Below are positions 1 to 9,820 of a stretch of 64,000 bases of DNA, piece by piece. This stretch comes from a virus (Duplodnaviria; Caudoviricetes). The stretch covers positions 4,634 through 68,633 of IMG/VR virus record IMGVR_UViG_3300032233_001141; one strand, given 5' to 3'. The translations under genes and the position numbers were made by a program. Within the stretch, counting starts at the first letter, position 1. Every line of letters starts with the position of its first letter. The notes under the pieces were generated by a model. That model searched no databases, was not told the DNA's origin, and saw only the letters and a list, made by a program, of their open reading frames with translations.

Positions 1-1189
1 TTCCAATCCACTTAGAAAACTTAAGTTCATCACGCAAGATTTCAGATGAACGACCAAGTGAGAATCCTTGGTTAGCATCATCCAAACGTGATGGTGGGAG
101 GTTCAATGAATTATATAGTTTCTTTTTAAAGTATTCAACATCCTTCAACTCTCCCAGATTTTGACCACCAGGCAGAGTTGTGATTTCAGTTCCTCTGCCG
201 CCTTCACGACGAGGGAGCCAGAAATCTTCAAGCATACTCATATGCTTTTTGTCGTCACGAATCTCACCTGTCTGTGCATCGTAAACAAGTTTGTTTCTAT
301 AACGCGCCATTGTCTCGCGTAGGTATTGCTCTGCTTTTACCTTTGGTAGATTACCTACATCGATGTAGAAAATTCTTCTTTCTGGTGCGCGTGACAAACG
401 ATAGATAACCAGCGCATCTTCGATCATGCGAATCTGGTTAAGTGATTTGATTGCCTTGTGTAAGAAACTCAAGACCATCTTTTTGTTAAGATCTTGAATA
501 CCCGATTGAACATAAGTGATAGCATCGTTCGCAATCTTGACGCCACTTGTTGCGTTGTTAACGTCAAAGGTTGAACTGATAAATCCCTTAGGATTATACA
601 TGTAGTAATCAATATACTCACCAAAATCATATTGGTAAGCAGTTCCTTGAATGCCTTGTAAATTTTGTGCTAGTTTTGGATCTTTATTTTGAACTCTTAC
701 TTTCTTGATTCTAAGTGGATCAATGTATCTGAGTTCAAGAATACCCGCTTTAGGATTAGCAAGATCGATGACTTTATGATAATATAACCTACCATCAATA
801 TACCAAGTTCTAAAAATTTCATGAGCTCTGGTATCAAAGTGCAGTAGACGTTTGATATAATCAAACTCTTCTCTGATTCTTTTTTTGATTGATTCGCTAA
901 CTTCTAAATTTGAAAGTTCAATAGATACTGGTGAATCATCCAAACCAGAATTAATTGATTCGTTAACAATCTCATCAATAGCGGAGTCAACTTCTGGGTG
1001 CATCGACATATCACGATAGCGCCTAATGAGGTCAAACTCATTACGCGCTACGCCATCAATATCCACATACGAACCAAAGTAACCACCTGCTACAGTGGTT
1101 ACCGCGTCGTCAGCAGCTGGAGGAATTGGGGATTGACCTTTCAATTCCTCCTGTTTGCTTTTAATTGAAAATCCAAATAGTTGACTCAT
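1..1189 (-). CDS. gp20: Portal vertex protein, 5' part (runs off the left edge)
   Basis: Manual translation from ATG at 1189 gives MSQLFGFSIKSKQEELKGQSPIPP...GGYFGSYVDIDG...EFDLIRRYRDMSMHPEVDSAIDEIVNE, and later MIEDALVIYRLSRAPERRIFYIDVGNLPKVKAEQYLR. These are T4-like portal motifs and the gene follows gp19. Confidence 0.97.
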   Translation of the reverse strand, partial: MSQLFGFSIKSKQEELKGQSPIPPAADDAVTTVAGGYFGSYVDIDGVARNEFDLIRRYRDMSMHPEVDSAIDEIVNESINSGLDDSPVSIELSNLEVSESIKKRIREEFDYIKRLLHFDTRAHEIFRTWYIDGRLYYHKVIDLANPKAGILELRYIDPLRIKKVRVQNKDPKLAQNLQGIQGTAYQYDFGEYIDYYMYNPKGFISSTFDVNNATSGVKIANDAITYVQSGIQDLNKKMVLSFLHKAIKSLNQIRMIEDALVIYRLSRAPERRIFYIDVGNLPKVKAEQYLRETMARYRNKLVYDAQTGEIRDDKKHMSMLEDFWLPRREGGRGTEITTLPGGQNLGELKDVEYFKKKLYNSLNLPPSRLDDANQGFSLGRSSEILRDELKFSKWIG

Positions 1190-1214
1190 ATTTAAATTAT
1201 CTCACTTGTTGATC

Positions 1215-1222
1215 TATTTATC
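1215..1222 (-). promoter_or_regulatory. T4-type late promoter (GATAAATA) upstream of gp20
   Basis: NATAAATA on the minus strand in the gp19-gp20 spacer, 25 nt before the ATG. Confidence 0.7.
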
Positions 1223-1224
1223 TA

Positions 1225-1830
1225 TCAAGCAATAGTGCCATTGCTGACGCCTTGAGCAGCAGCATTAGAATTTCCACCTGATGCTACTACATTCCAGTAT
1301 TGAAGTTGGAACTCAACTGTGAAATCTTCGATCTGATCGTTGCTATCATAAGCAAGATCAATCTGAGATACGTTAGTTGGGAAGCAACCGACTAGTTTGT
1401 AACTTCTTAGAACACTACCAGAAGCTGTTGAATCTCTTTCCAATTGTTGGATTGTGATGTCAGCAGTATAACCAGCAGTATCTGGAGTCCAGATAGCAGC
1501 AGTGTTTGCTTCGTGTGCGTTGATAGATTGCATCCATGCTTCCATGGAGTGTCTGATTTTGAAGTTTCTGTCGTTGATGAAAGTAGCAGTCCAAGTGTCG
1601 AAGGTTCTGTCACCTGCGACTTTAACTGTTCTTCCTCTGAAAGGAACTTCGATAACACCTAAGTTTGATGCTGGGAGAGCAGCAGACTTACAAAGGAGAC
1701 CTGTTAATTCAACATCTCCATTGATGTTTGTTCCCCCTGCTGGAAAAACAAAACTTGCTAGAAACAGGTTAGGGCGAACGCCCTGCTTAACCTGATTTAA
1801 AAATTGACTTACGTTACTGGTGATTGCCAT
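1225..1830 (-). CDS. gp19: Tail tube protein
   Basis: RPNLF, CKSAALPASNLGVIEVPFRGRTVKVAGDRTFDTWT and FPTNVSQIDLAYDSNDQIEDFTVEFQ motifs; lies between sheath and portal. Confidence 0.96.
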   Translation of the reverse strand: MAITSNVSQFLNQVKQGVRPNLFLASFVFPAGGTNINGDVELTGLLCKSAALPASNLGVIEVPFRGRTVKVAGDRTFDTWTATFINDRNFKIRHSMEAWMQSINAHEANTAAIWTPDTAGYTADITIQQLERDSTASGSVLRSYKLVGCFPTNVSQIDLAYDSNDQIEDFTVEFQLQYWNVVASGGNSNAAAQGVSNGTIA

Positions 1831-1864
1831 TGATCTTTACCTCTGGATAATTGTTTAAAAAGAA

Positions 1865-3997
1865 TTAACGACCTGTTACTTCAGAAAAACTCACTCCAGA
1901 TCTCGTAGCAACAAACGTGATAGTGATGTAGTTGATTGAACGAGTTGGTTTTACATAAATTTCAGCAACGAATTCGTTTCTATCAATGACATCCGAAGTG
2001 TTGTTTGATTCATCACAAACAACGAGGAAGTCAGTAACACCTCTCTTAGATTGAATCTCGGAAAGGAACGAATTAGCAGCACTTGAGAAAGAACTGCGAG
2101 TTGTGGTGTCGTTGAGTTCGAATAGAACTGTCTTTGCTAGTTGACCGATTCTCTTTTCCATTGCGAGGAAGAGGCGGCGAACGTTGATACGATCAAACGC
2201 ACTTGGAGTAGCAAGAGCAGTTTTGTCTCCGAAGAGAACTACGCCTTGACCAGGGAAAGAAGTGATTGGATTGATTCTCTTTTGATAAAGTTTGTCTCTA
2301 TCTGACTTAGTAGGAACGTAAGCAAGCTTAACAGCGTTCTTAATGTTACCTCTATTTAAACCAGCAGGAGATACCCAATCTTCTGAGTTAGCAGATGTCT
2401 GAACACAAACACCAGCAACGTCAGCATTACATGGAATGTAACGGTAAGCATCATTGTACTTATCGTAGATATACTTGTAACCGCTATCTAACACAGCGTA
2501 TGAACTGCTACCGATGCTATCAAAGAATGATAGGATCGCATCTCTTTGAGCGGAAGGTGAAGAGATTGAAACAAACCCATTGTGTGGGGAAACAAACGCA
2601 ACACAATCTTTTCTAGATGAAGCAATATCAATTACTTTCTGTGCTTTGGTTACTTGGTCTGCCTGTAGACTGAGACTTCCACCAGCAAGGATGAAATCGA
2701 TTTCGATTGCTTCAGTATCAGATAGAAGATCAAAAGCAGTGGTGATGGTCGAAACGTTAGTTACATAAGCATCAACACCAGCACTGAATGTTAGAGTTGC
2801 GTTGCCAGCGGCAGGAGCAACTGTTCCAGCGTAGATGTAAGATGACTTGTTAGCAATTGCGTTAACATAATAAGTTGAACCACCTTGGTCATCCTTTGCG
2901 GTTGATAGGCGTGAAACATAAAGGAATGTTTCTAGAATGTTGTTGTTAGCATCTAGAACAGCAATGTGAAGATCATTTGCTGTGGATGGTTTAGCAGCAA
3001 TCGTGTTCCACTTAGTTGAACCATAAACATTTTCGGTATCATAACTACCAACCGAACCATCGATTGTTACAACCTTGATTCCGTTTGCCCATGTACCAGG
3101 AGTGCGAGCAGCAAACTTCCAAGCATAACCAGAATAGTTTGCTAGGTAATGATCGTATGATTTGATGGTTGGAGCAGTAACACCAGCAACTGTAATGAAT
3201 GGATATGCAGTTGAAAGTGTGGTGGTAGTTCCAGTAGCGACAAATGATAATAGAGCAGCAGTAACTGTTGCGCCTGGTTGTGCTACAGCAGTTGTTCCTA
3301 GTTGTGCTCTTGTTACAACAATTTGGTTGCCGTCAACAGAAGTAATTCTTACAATTTCGTTGGCAGCATTAGATCCAGCACCACTATTTGTTAAGCGAAC
3401 GTATGAACCAACTACGAAATTAGTTGAACTAGTTAAATCCAAAATTGTTTCAACCGCGTCAACCGTTTCAGTAACAACTGTTGTTGTTGCTCCATTGGTA
3501 AGAGTCCATTTTGTAACAGTTGCTCCACTAGCGTGATTTGCTTGGGTTGACCCAAGTTGTGCTCTGGTTACTGACAGTGAATCCGAACCGCCAGTAGTAG
3601 TTGCTGTTACAACAAAATATTCGTCATCAACTTTAACATAATCGGTTGCAGAAAATGAAGAAGCATTAGCAACATTTAATTTGCTTGAATCTGTTGTCGT
3701 AGAACCAACTTCTGATACACCGTTCTTGAGCGAAGCATCTTCGATTCTTACAATCTGAAGTTGACCGCCGTATGAAAGGAAGGTTGCTGCTGAGAACCAA
3801 TCCTCGTAGTTATTGTTGTTTGGTGCCCCGAATGTTTCTAAGAGTTCTCTTTCGGTAGCAATATTTGTAATTACTCCGACTGGTCCTTTTTCGAAACTAC
3901 CAACCAATGCAGCACTATTTGCTTGCTGGTTTACGATAGTTTGACCAGTTAAATCACGTTCTCTTAGAACAATTCCAGGTGATACTTGACCTGCCAT
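1865..3997 (-). CDS. gp18: Tail sheath protein with an inserted repeat domain
   Basis: N-terminal SPGIVLRERDLT; C-terminal SPAGLNRG, LFGDKT, SAFDRINVRRLF and IYVKPTRSINYITITFVATRSGVSF. Confidence 0.97.
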   Translation of the reverse strand: MAGQVSPGIVLRERDLTGQTIVNQQANSAALVGSFEKGPVGVITNIATERELLETFGAPNNNNYEDWFSAATFLSYGGQLQIVRIEDASLKNGVSEVGSTTTDSSKLNVANASSFSATDYVKVDDEYFVVTATTTGGSDSLSVTRAQLGSTQANHASGATVTKWTLTNGATTTVVTETVDAVETILDLTSSTNFVVGSYVRLTNSGAGSNAANEIVRITSVDGNQIVVTRAQLGTTAVAQPGATVTAALLSFVATGTTTTLSTAYPFITVAGVTAPTIKSYDHYLANYSGYAWKFAARTPGTWANGIKVVTIDGSVGSYDTENVYGSTKWNTIAAKPSTANDLHIAVLDANNNILETFLYVSRLSTAKDDQGGSTYYVNAIANKSSYIYAGTVAPAAGNATLTFSAGVDAYVTNVSTITTAFDLLSDTEAIEIDFILAGGSLSLQADQVTKAQKVIDIASSRKDCVAFVSPHNGFVSISSPSAQRDAILSFFDSIGSSSYAVLDSGYKYIYDKYNDAYRYIPCNADVAGVCVQTSANSEDWVSPAGLNRGNIKNAVKLAYVPTKSDRDKLYQKRINPITSFPGQGVVLFGDKTALATPSAFDRINVRRLFLAMEKRIGQLAKTVLFELNDTTTRSSFSSAANSFLSEIQSKRGVTDFLVVCDESNNTSDVIDRNEFVAEIYVKPTRSINYITITFVATRSGVSFSEVTGR

Positions 3998-4040
3998 GTT
4001 TTTTTCCTCGTGAAAAATAAGTTCATTTTTAATCTACAAG

Positions 4041-4048
4041 TATTTATG
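4041..4048 (-). promoter_or_regulatory. Late promoter (CATAAATA) upstream of gp18
   Basis: NATAAATA motif in the intergenic gap about 45 nt before the gp18 ATG. Confidence 0.75.
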
Positions 4049-4088
4049 AAATTGTTTATTTCAAATGGGGAAACAACGCATGAACAAA

Positions 4089-4316
4089 TTACCAGTCGGG
4101 ATATTCCCACACATATGTTTGTTTCTTTTTACGATGACTTGAAACTCTTTCAATTGTGCAATCCTTACACTCATAAGAATATGATGAAGGAAGATATTTT
4201 TTTGATTTTCGAATGATATAATAATCTGTCATGAGATCTTTTATTTCACCACATATCCTACATTGTCTTTCTCTAAACAATAAATGATCAAGTGAAAACT
4301 GATCTCCAATATCCAT
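4089..4316 (-). CDS. Small Zn-finger protein (CxxC...CxxC)
   Basis: 75 aa with CRIC and CKDC; start codon overlaps the gp17 stop. Confidence 0.75.
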   Translation of the reverse strand: MDIGDQFSLDHLLFRERQCRICGEIKDLMTDYYIIRKSKKYLPSSYSYECKDCTIERVSSHRKKKQTYVWEYPDW

Positions 4317-5977
4317 TAGAAACCCAACATATATTCTACATCCGCATATGGATTACCATATCCATCTGTATACCAAATATTACCATCTTCATCAATAATT
4401 TTTTCCTCTTCATCTAATCCATCTGATATAAAGCCGAAGGGCGACATGTCTTGTTCAATCTGATTCTTTTGTTCGTCGTAGATTCTTTTGCGAACATCGT
4501 TATCAGTCATCTCCCTAAAGTAGGGTTGAACTGCTAACCACGCAAAGATAACTAGACACATTACTAGGTCATCATTGAAACCATCATCTGCTTCAAACGA
4601 TTGATTCTTCTGAATAAATGTTGTTAGTTCGCTGATGATTTCATAATCTGGCACAACAAGCTTGTCGTCTTCAATCAGCGTCTTCAAGTTAGAACATCCA
4701 ATCTTCTTGGTCACTTTTGACATCTTCAAACCAAGTTGAGATTTGGTGCCAGAGAATCCTTGCCCGACCATTTGCCCAGCTCTTCCTCTCATCGCACACA
4801 TCAAAATATTTGGATACTCCAAATCATAGTGGAGGATGTTTCCAACCTGCTCGCCAATATCATTAATTTCAATAAGTATATAGCATTTGTTGTAGTTACG
4901 AGCAACCTGATCTATAATGTTTGGAAACAAAATAGGTTTAATTTCATTGTTTCGATACTTGGCAACAATCTTCCAAGGCAGGGTAGTGACATCAAATACT
5001 ACAAATGCCGAGAAATCATTGTTAGTTCCTCTCGAAACATCGACGGTCATGATATAATCTCTATCTTCCTTAACCGCTTCATAAACTTTTAATCCTTTGC
5101 CGTTATCTTGGATTGGTTCATCATATACCAATGCTCTCAGTTTAGCAGCAGAGATTAGGGTATCAACCGACCCTAAGAACTCACACTCAAACTCCTGTGT
5201 AAATTGCCTCTCAGAGGTGTTCCTGATGGTCTCCTGCTTCCATGCCTCATCTCGCCCAGGAACGGCACTCCAGTGGACCTCCAAGGGCACGTAACCGTTC
5301 CTCCCGCGTTCTGCGTCATGCCATAGCTTATAAAACATATTCATACCCTGTGGGGTAGAAATGATAATAACCTTTGTTGTCTTACCAGATGAGATAGTAG
5401 GATACACAGAGGAGAAGAACTGCTCTGCCATGTGGTTTGGAACGAACGCAAATTCGTCAAGAAAGATGATGTTGAAAGAGTTACCACGCACCGCTGAGGA
5501 TGACGTAGAAGCGGCGATAATCTTTGAACCGTTATCTAGTTCCAACGAACCTTTGTTCCACGCTACAATGCCTTGCTGCATCCACTTAGGGAGGTTCTCA
5601 TATGCCAGCTGTAGACGAGACAGAAGTTCCCTTGACGTTTCTGCCTTGTTTGCTAGAATAGCAATCTTAATGTTGTCGTTGAAGACAGCATAATGAAGTA
5701 GATAAGAAATAACCGTTGTTGATTTTCCTGTCTGTCTAGGAAGCTTTGCTATGTTAAATCGATTCTCGTGGAAGTTCTGAATCATCTGTTCTTGAAAATC
5801 ATACATCTTGAAAGGCACCAAACCTTCATCAAGTGAAATGATTTTCACATAGTTCTTCGCAAAATGTACGGGGTCATCCTTACATTTAATAAACTCCTCA
5901 ATCTGTTTCTTGGTAAAATTGATTGGAGTATTTGCTTTTTTTAAATTGGGATTACCAAGATATACATTATCAGTCAT
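4316..5977 (-). CDS. gp17: Terminase large subunit
   Basis: Walker A PRQTGKST, Walker B IIFLDEFAF, IIISTPQGMN, F.QEFECEF, nuclease motifs VDVSRG and HDD-like NDDLVM. Confidence 0.98.
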   Translation of the reverse strand: MTDNVYLGNPNLKKANTPINFTKKQIEEFIKCKDDPVHFAKNYVKIISLDEGLVPFKMYDFQEQMIQNFHENRFNIAKLPRQTGKSTTVISYLLHYAVFNDNIKIAILANKAETSRELLSRLQLAYENLPKWMQQGIVAWNKGSLELDNGSKIIAASTSSSAVRGNSFNIIFLDEFAFVPNHMAEQFFSSVYPTISSGKTTKVIIISTPQGMNMFYKLWHDAERGRNGYVPLEVHWSAVPGRDEAWKQETIRNTSERQFTQEFECEFLGSVDTLISAAKLRALVYDEPIQDNGKGLKVYEAVKEDRDYIMTVDVSRGTNNDFSAFVVFDVTTLPWKIVAKYRNNEIKPILFPNIIDQVARNYNKCYILIEINDIGEQVGNILHYDLEYPNILMCAMRGRAGQMVGQGFSGTKSQLGLKMSKVTKKIGCSNLKTLIEDDKLVVPDYEIISELTTFIQKNQSFEADDGFNDDLVMCLVIFAWLAVQPYFREMTDNDVRKRIYDEQKNQIEQDMSPFGFISDGLDEEEKIIDEDGNIWYTDGYGNPYADVEYMLGF

Positions 5978-6203
5978 TTAATTTATCCAAATCTCTTTCA
6001 AAAGTTTCCATTGCCGCTAATCGTTTTGCCCACCCGTCACCTTTTGTAGTGCCTTTTGCTGGGTTAATACATTCATCTGATTTAACCATGTCACAAACTA
6101 ATGATGCTAATTCTGTTTCATTACCAAGTTTACCAGTGCCAGACCAATAGTGCTGACCTTCCATCCAGCAAGCACCACATTTAGAGCAAGTTTTAGTATT
6201 CAT
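5970..6203 (-). CDS. Hypothetical Cys-containing protein
   Basis: 77-aa ORF translationally coupled to gp17; contains CSKC, LVC and CINP. Confidence 0.75.
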   Translation of the reverse strand: MNTKTCSKCGACWMEGQHYWSGTGKLGNETELASLVCDMVKSDECINPAKGTTKGDGWAKRLAAMETFERDLDKLND

Positions 6204-6204
6204 A

Positions 6205-6990
6205 TTAGCAATTCCAAGCTCTTAGTGATTTAGATAGGCGGTCTTCGCCAGTGTTATTACTATCTTTTTGTCTCTTACGCATTCCTTTCATCCTCGCGCA
6301 AAAACTTTTTCTACGAGGATTACCAACTTTCTTTGAAGGTGCTTTTAAGTCACTTCCAGGATTCTCACGCTCGTAAGATTTTCTACCTTTTTCATTCAAC
6401 CCACCTTCAGAATTCTTACCAGATTTTTTTGTCCAAGCAGCTCCTTCATTTATGATATCTGGGTGTGGAGCATACAGTGGACCATCATAATTTCCAGCAA
6501 ACTCTTCGTTCTTGCTGCTCATGTAATCAGCAGCAGTATCAATGTAGTCGCAGGCAAGCGTAACCTTAGATTGAACCCAACCAGGAAGTTGCATTTTGGG
6601 GTCTCCAACTACTGAACGAAGACGGTTAACCGCATTCTCAATAGTATCAAGTTGACTCATAATCATTCCACCTTCGTCATCGATCTCTTTACCCATCGCA
6701 ACAGCAATGTGATTCTCACAAATCTCACGCATTTCTTTGACAGTTCTTTTCTTTTTGTGTTGTGCTTTTAGTTCTTTTTCCATCTTAAGTAAGTGAGTAT
6801 AGTAATCTGGGAATTCATCTAAATGCTGGAGAGCAATACCATATGCTTCTTCGTGTGTAGTGACATGCTCTCGCTCTACAGTAGAACCAACTTCTGCCTG
6901 TTTGATAATAGTTTCAACAGACACACCATGCTTCTTGGCGATTTCTTTTTCTGTGGGAACTTTCTTTTTCATTAGTAAATCTCCCTCCAC
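6205..6990 (-). CDS. Multi-module basic hypothetical protein (possible internal head protein)
   Basis: 261-aa ORF (start probably at the second Met, MKKK). Modules EHVTTHEEAYGIALQHLDEFPDYY and AWTKKSGKNSEGGLNEKGRKSYE...RRKSFCARM are recalled from T4-like cyanophage hypotheticals. Confidence 0.75.
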   Translation of the reverse strand: MEGDLLMKKKVPTEKEIAKKHGVSVETIIKQAEVGSTVEREHVTTHEEAYGIALQHLDEFPDYYTHLLKMEKELKAQHKKKRTVKEMREICENHIAVAMGKEIDDEGGMIMSQLDTIENAVNRLRSVVGDPKMQLPGWVQSKVTLACDYIDTAADYMSSKNEEFAGNYDGPLYAPHPDIINEGAAWTKKSGKNSEGGLNEKGRKSYERENPGSDLKAPSKKVGNPRRKSFCARMKGMRKRQKDSNNTGEDRLSKSLRAWNC

Positions 6991-8336
6991 TGAAGACCTG
7001 CTCTGATTGTTGCTGCGTTATTACCCATGTTCGTTACCAATACAATATATACTTCAGATGAACTTGAGTCAAAATTCTGAACGATAATGTTTTTCTTGGC
7101 AGCAGAAATGGAACCAGTTGAAGCAGCAGATAAAGAGTTCTGTGAAGAACCAGCAGTCACATAACCACCAAACAATACATCAGCATCTGCTGCCGTATAA
7201 CCAGTAGCACCAACAGAATATTGAACTCCACTATCAGCATCAACATCGGTCCAAGTAAGTGTTCCTGCCAAACTTGCTTCGCTAGGTAGTTTAGCAATTT
7301 GAAATGCCATCGTCTCTCCAGTTGGATACAGAGCAATATTATTCAACTTGACAGAAATTCTGTTTGGATAAGATTGAAATGTATTTTTCAAACGGATTGC
7401 CAATACTGGCAGAGTGGCAGCTGCGCTAACTGCTCTTGATGCTGTCATCAAATGCATAAAGTCAATGCCACTTTCTGTGTATCCACCTTCTGACATTACG
7501 GTGGAACAAATCTGATCCATCGAACCACCAGAAGTTGTGCCTGTGTTTAGGATCTCACATCTTACTGGGAGGTTTGGATTAGACATATAAACTTCTGATA
7601 GCACATTCGAGCAGTAGTATTCATGTGCTAAAATTATCTGTCCGTCATGAACAAATCCACAACGAACTCTACCAACTCCAAGCCACTGGAAGTCAATATA
7701 AACCAGTTGTGTTTTTGAAGTATCAATATTGAACTTGGAAGGACCAGTTCCATCACAAGGATCAATATTCCATTCTGATTGTGGAACTCTTCTCTTGTAA
7801 TCTCCTACTGTCGCTTCACTAGCACTACCGCCAGCATAGGAACGAATTACAAAATTGAGTGTGCCATTTGTTGTTCCGTTGGAAGTTCCATTACCAACTT
7901 GCTCGAAGTAAATGCCATCTCTGTCATCAAAGTATCCAGTTCTTTTGGTTACATTCTGCTGTGCGTAACCAAAACATACTGAACTAAAGATAACCTGTGA
8001 TTTACCTGGCTGGTAATGATGATAGAACTTTGTTTGGTGAGCAGCACTAGAAGCAACATTAGATGTTGTTGTCATCGCAGCACATGCTTTATTCGCATTA
8101 TATTGAATGTTGCCACCATTCAATTTTCTATCATTGAAGTTAGGGTCAATAGCATAGAGGTGCTTATAGTCACCAAGAGTAAATGTCTCAGCAACTCTCA
8201 AACGACCAAAAGCATCAACAGCAGTCGCACCAGTTCCAGCAGTAAGATTACCGAAGTTATCGGCAATCATAACTACTTCAAAGTTTGTTTTTTCCTGTGG
8301 TAGGAAATCCTCGTAGTGTTTGCTATACTGTGCCAT
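6972..8336 (-). CDS. Conserved phage hypothetical protein (DAFGRLRV type), probably virion-associated
   Basis: 454-aa ORF with DAFGRLRV, HHYQPGKSQ and DFQWLGVGRVRCGF; coupled to its neighbours. Confidence 0.8.
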   Translation of the reverse strand: MAQYSKHYEDFLPQEKTNFEVVMIADNFGNLTAGTGATAVDAFGRLRVAETFTLGDYKHLYAIDPNFNDRKLNGGNIQYNANKACAAMTTTSNVASSAAHQTKFYHHYQPGKSQVIFSSVCFGYAQQNVTKRTGYFDDRDGIYFEQVGNGTSNGTTNGTLNFVIRSYAGGSASEATVGDYKRRVPQSEWNIDPCDGTGPSKFNIDTSKTQLVYIDFQWLGVGRVRCGFVHDGQIILAHEYYCSNVLSEVYMSNPNLPVRCEILNTGTTSGGSMDQICSTVMSEGGYTESGIDFMHLMTASRAVSAAATLPVLAIRLKNTFQSYPNRISVKLNNIALYPTGETMAFQIAKLPSEASLAGTLTWTDVDADSGVQYSVGATGYTAADADVLFGGYVTAGSSQNSLSAASTGSISAAKKNIIVQNFDSSSSEVYIVLVTNMGNNAATIRAGLQWREIY

Positions 8337-8581
8337 TAGTTTGAATACGCAACTTTAGATGCTTTAAATGCTGCGCCTCCTTCTAGTGTGTCGGTTGGTT
8401 CTTTCTCAACATAAGCAACTTCATTTGCTGCCATTGTGAAACTACCAATCGTAGCACCACCGCTATCTTTGCGAGTTACTACTGCTGCTGCGCCAGTATT
8501 CAAAACTCTAACAACAGTTGCTGAGTCAACATTCGTAGCTGCCGTAAGTGTGGTCTCCGCCGCCAATACTTTTAATGCCAT
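8336..8581 (-). CDS. Small hypothetical structural protein
   Basis: Likely start MALKVLAAET at 8581; the longer ORF start at 8626 overlaps gp16. Confidence 0.75.
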   Translation of the reverse strand: MALKVLAAETTLTAATNVDSATVVRVLNTGAAAVVTRKDSGGATIGSFTMAANEVAYVEKEPTDTLEGGAAFKASKVAYSN

Positions 8582-8603
8582 AATGCTTTCGTTTATTTTA
8601 TAT

Positions 8604-9026
8604 TTATTCTTCTTCCACTTTGCCACGCTTCAGCATCAACTGAAGGTCAGCAGTAGTTCCAAAGAACATATTGTTTGTAACATTACCATTGATAGCAGCA
8701 GATTTCTTATCTACCTTATCGAGGTCTTTGATTTTCTTTTGAAGGTCAATCAGTTTGTCAGTCATATCAGCAGTTTGCTTGATGAAGTTACCAGCAACCT
8801 CATAAGCTCTTGGGTGGTTACTTTCCCTTGCTAGGTCAAGCACATCATTGATTGCCTCTGATGCTTTGTCGATCAGATTGTATAGATTTGCTCTGGTGTA
8901 TTCGTAATCCTTTGTTGCATCAACCGACATTTCGGTATCAATTTGTTTAATCATTTCACCTTTTGCCTCTATAGCAGTTACATCAATATCAAAAATTTCT
9001 TCCATGTTGTCGTCAAACTTACTCAT
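8604..9026 (-). CDS. gp16: Terminase small subunit
   Basis: KDYEYTRANLYNLI, ESNHPRAYEVAG, KLIDLQKK and NNMFFGTTADLQ; follows gp15. Confidence 0.92.
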   Translation of the reverse strand: MSKFDDNMEEIFDIDVTAIEAKGEMIKQIDTEMSVDATKDYEYTRANLYNLIDKASEAINDVLDLARESNHPRAYEVAGNFIKQTADMTDKLIDLQKKIKDLDKVDKKSAAINGNVTNNMFFGTTADLQLMLKRGKVEEE

Positions 9027-9820
9027 AGTAATGTGATACCTTCATTGAATCCGAAGTCATCGCCTGGCATTACCAATAGATCATCGGCAGCATTAATCAC
9101 ACCATTATTATTCATATCTTCCAGTGCTGCTGGTGTTACGTCATAGCGAAGGATTCTCTTGTGCTGTTCGAAATCACCAAGATTCTCAAACACAGTTGCC
9201 TTGCGAATGATAGCAGCCTCGTTAACTGGACCATACATGTAGGTCTTGAGTGTAAAGTCAAGAGTATAAGTAATGCTTCTACGACGCATCATATCATCTT
9301 CATAATCATCTTCATAGTTAATACTATTCAAAATGATTGGTAAATCTTTCTTCTCATCCATCTCAGGAATGAGATTGATGGTTACATTAAAAGATGGTTG
9401 AAAGAATGGTAAGATTTGCTCTAGGATTTGTAATGCGTCATCCTGTGTCTTTGACAGAATAGCAAGTTCAAATGCTAGGTTATAAGGCACAGGCATAAAC
9501 TGAACCTTAGTTGTGGTGCCATCTTCCTGCTTCAGATACTTCTGAATCGGTGATGTCTTCCTTGATGCGTCATACGATAACCCAGTCATCTCAAAAGAGA
9601 TACGAGGCATTGTGATACTAACCTTACGCTCTGTGCTTGGGTCTTGATCTAAACGAGCAAGGAACTTCGACTTGGGACCATAAGCCAACGCAACTTTCTC
9701 GTTACGGATAACTTCGCCAGTAGTCGGATCTTTCTTGACGATTTCTAGATTGTTAAAGATTGTTCCAAATGCCTTTACATTCTTATGGATAATCTCGTGA
9801 TAAAAGTGTCTACCTAACAT
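9023..9820 (-). CDS. gp15: Tail sheath stabiliser / completion protein
   Basis: MLGRHFYHEII, VALAYGPKSKFLARL, PRISFEMTG and VPYNL motifs. Confidence 0.95.
   Translation of the reverse strand: MLGRHFYHEIIHKNVKAFGTIFNNLEIVKKDPTTGEVIRNEKVALAYGPKSKFLARLDQDPSTERKVSITMPRISFEMTGLSYDASRKTSPIQKYLKQEDGTTTKVQFMPVPYNLAFELAILSKTQDDALQILEQILPFFQPSFNVTINLIPEMDEKKDLPIILNSINYEDDYEDDMMRRRSITYTLDFTLKTYMYGPVNEAAIIRKATVFENLGDFEQHKRILRYDVTPAALEDMNNNGVINAADDLLVMPGDDFGFNEGITLL

Noticed and set aside
1-5977. Introns, inteins or homing endonucleases in portal, sheath or terminase
   Set aside because: The reading frames are continuous and of normal length, with no intein or LAGLIDADG/GIY-YIG/HNH catalytic motifs.
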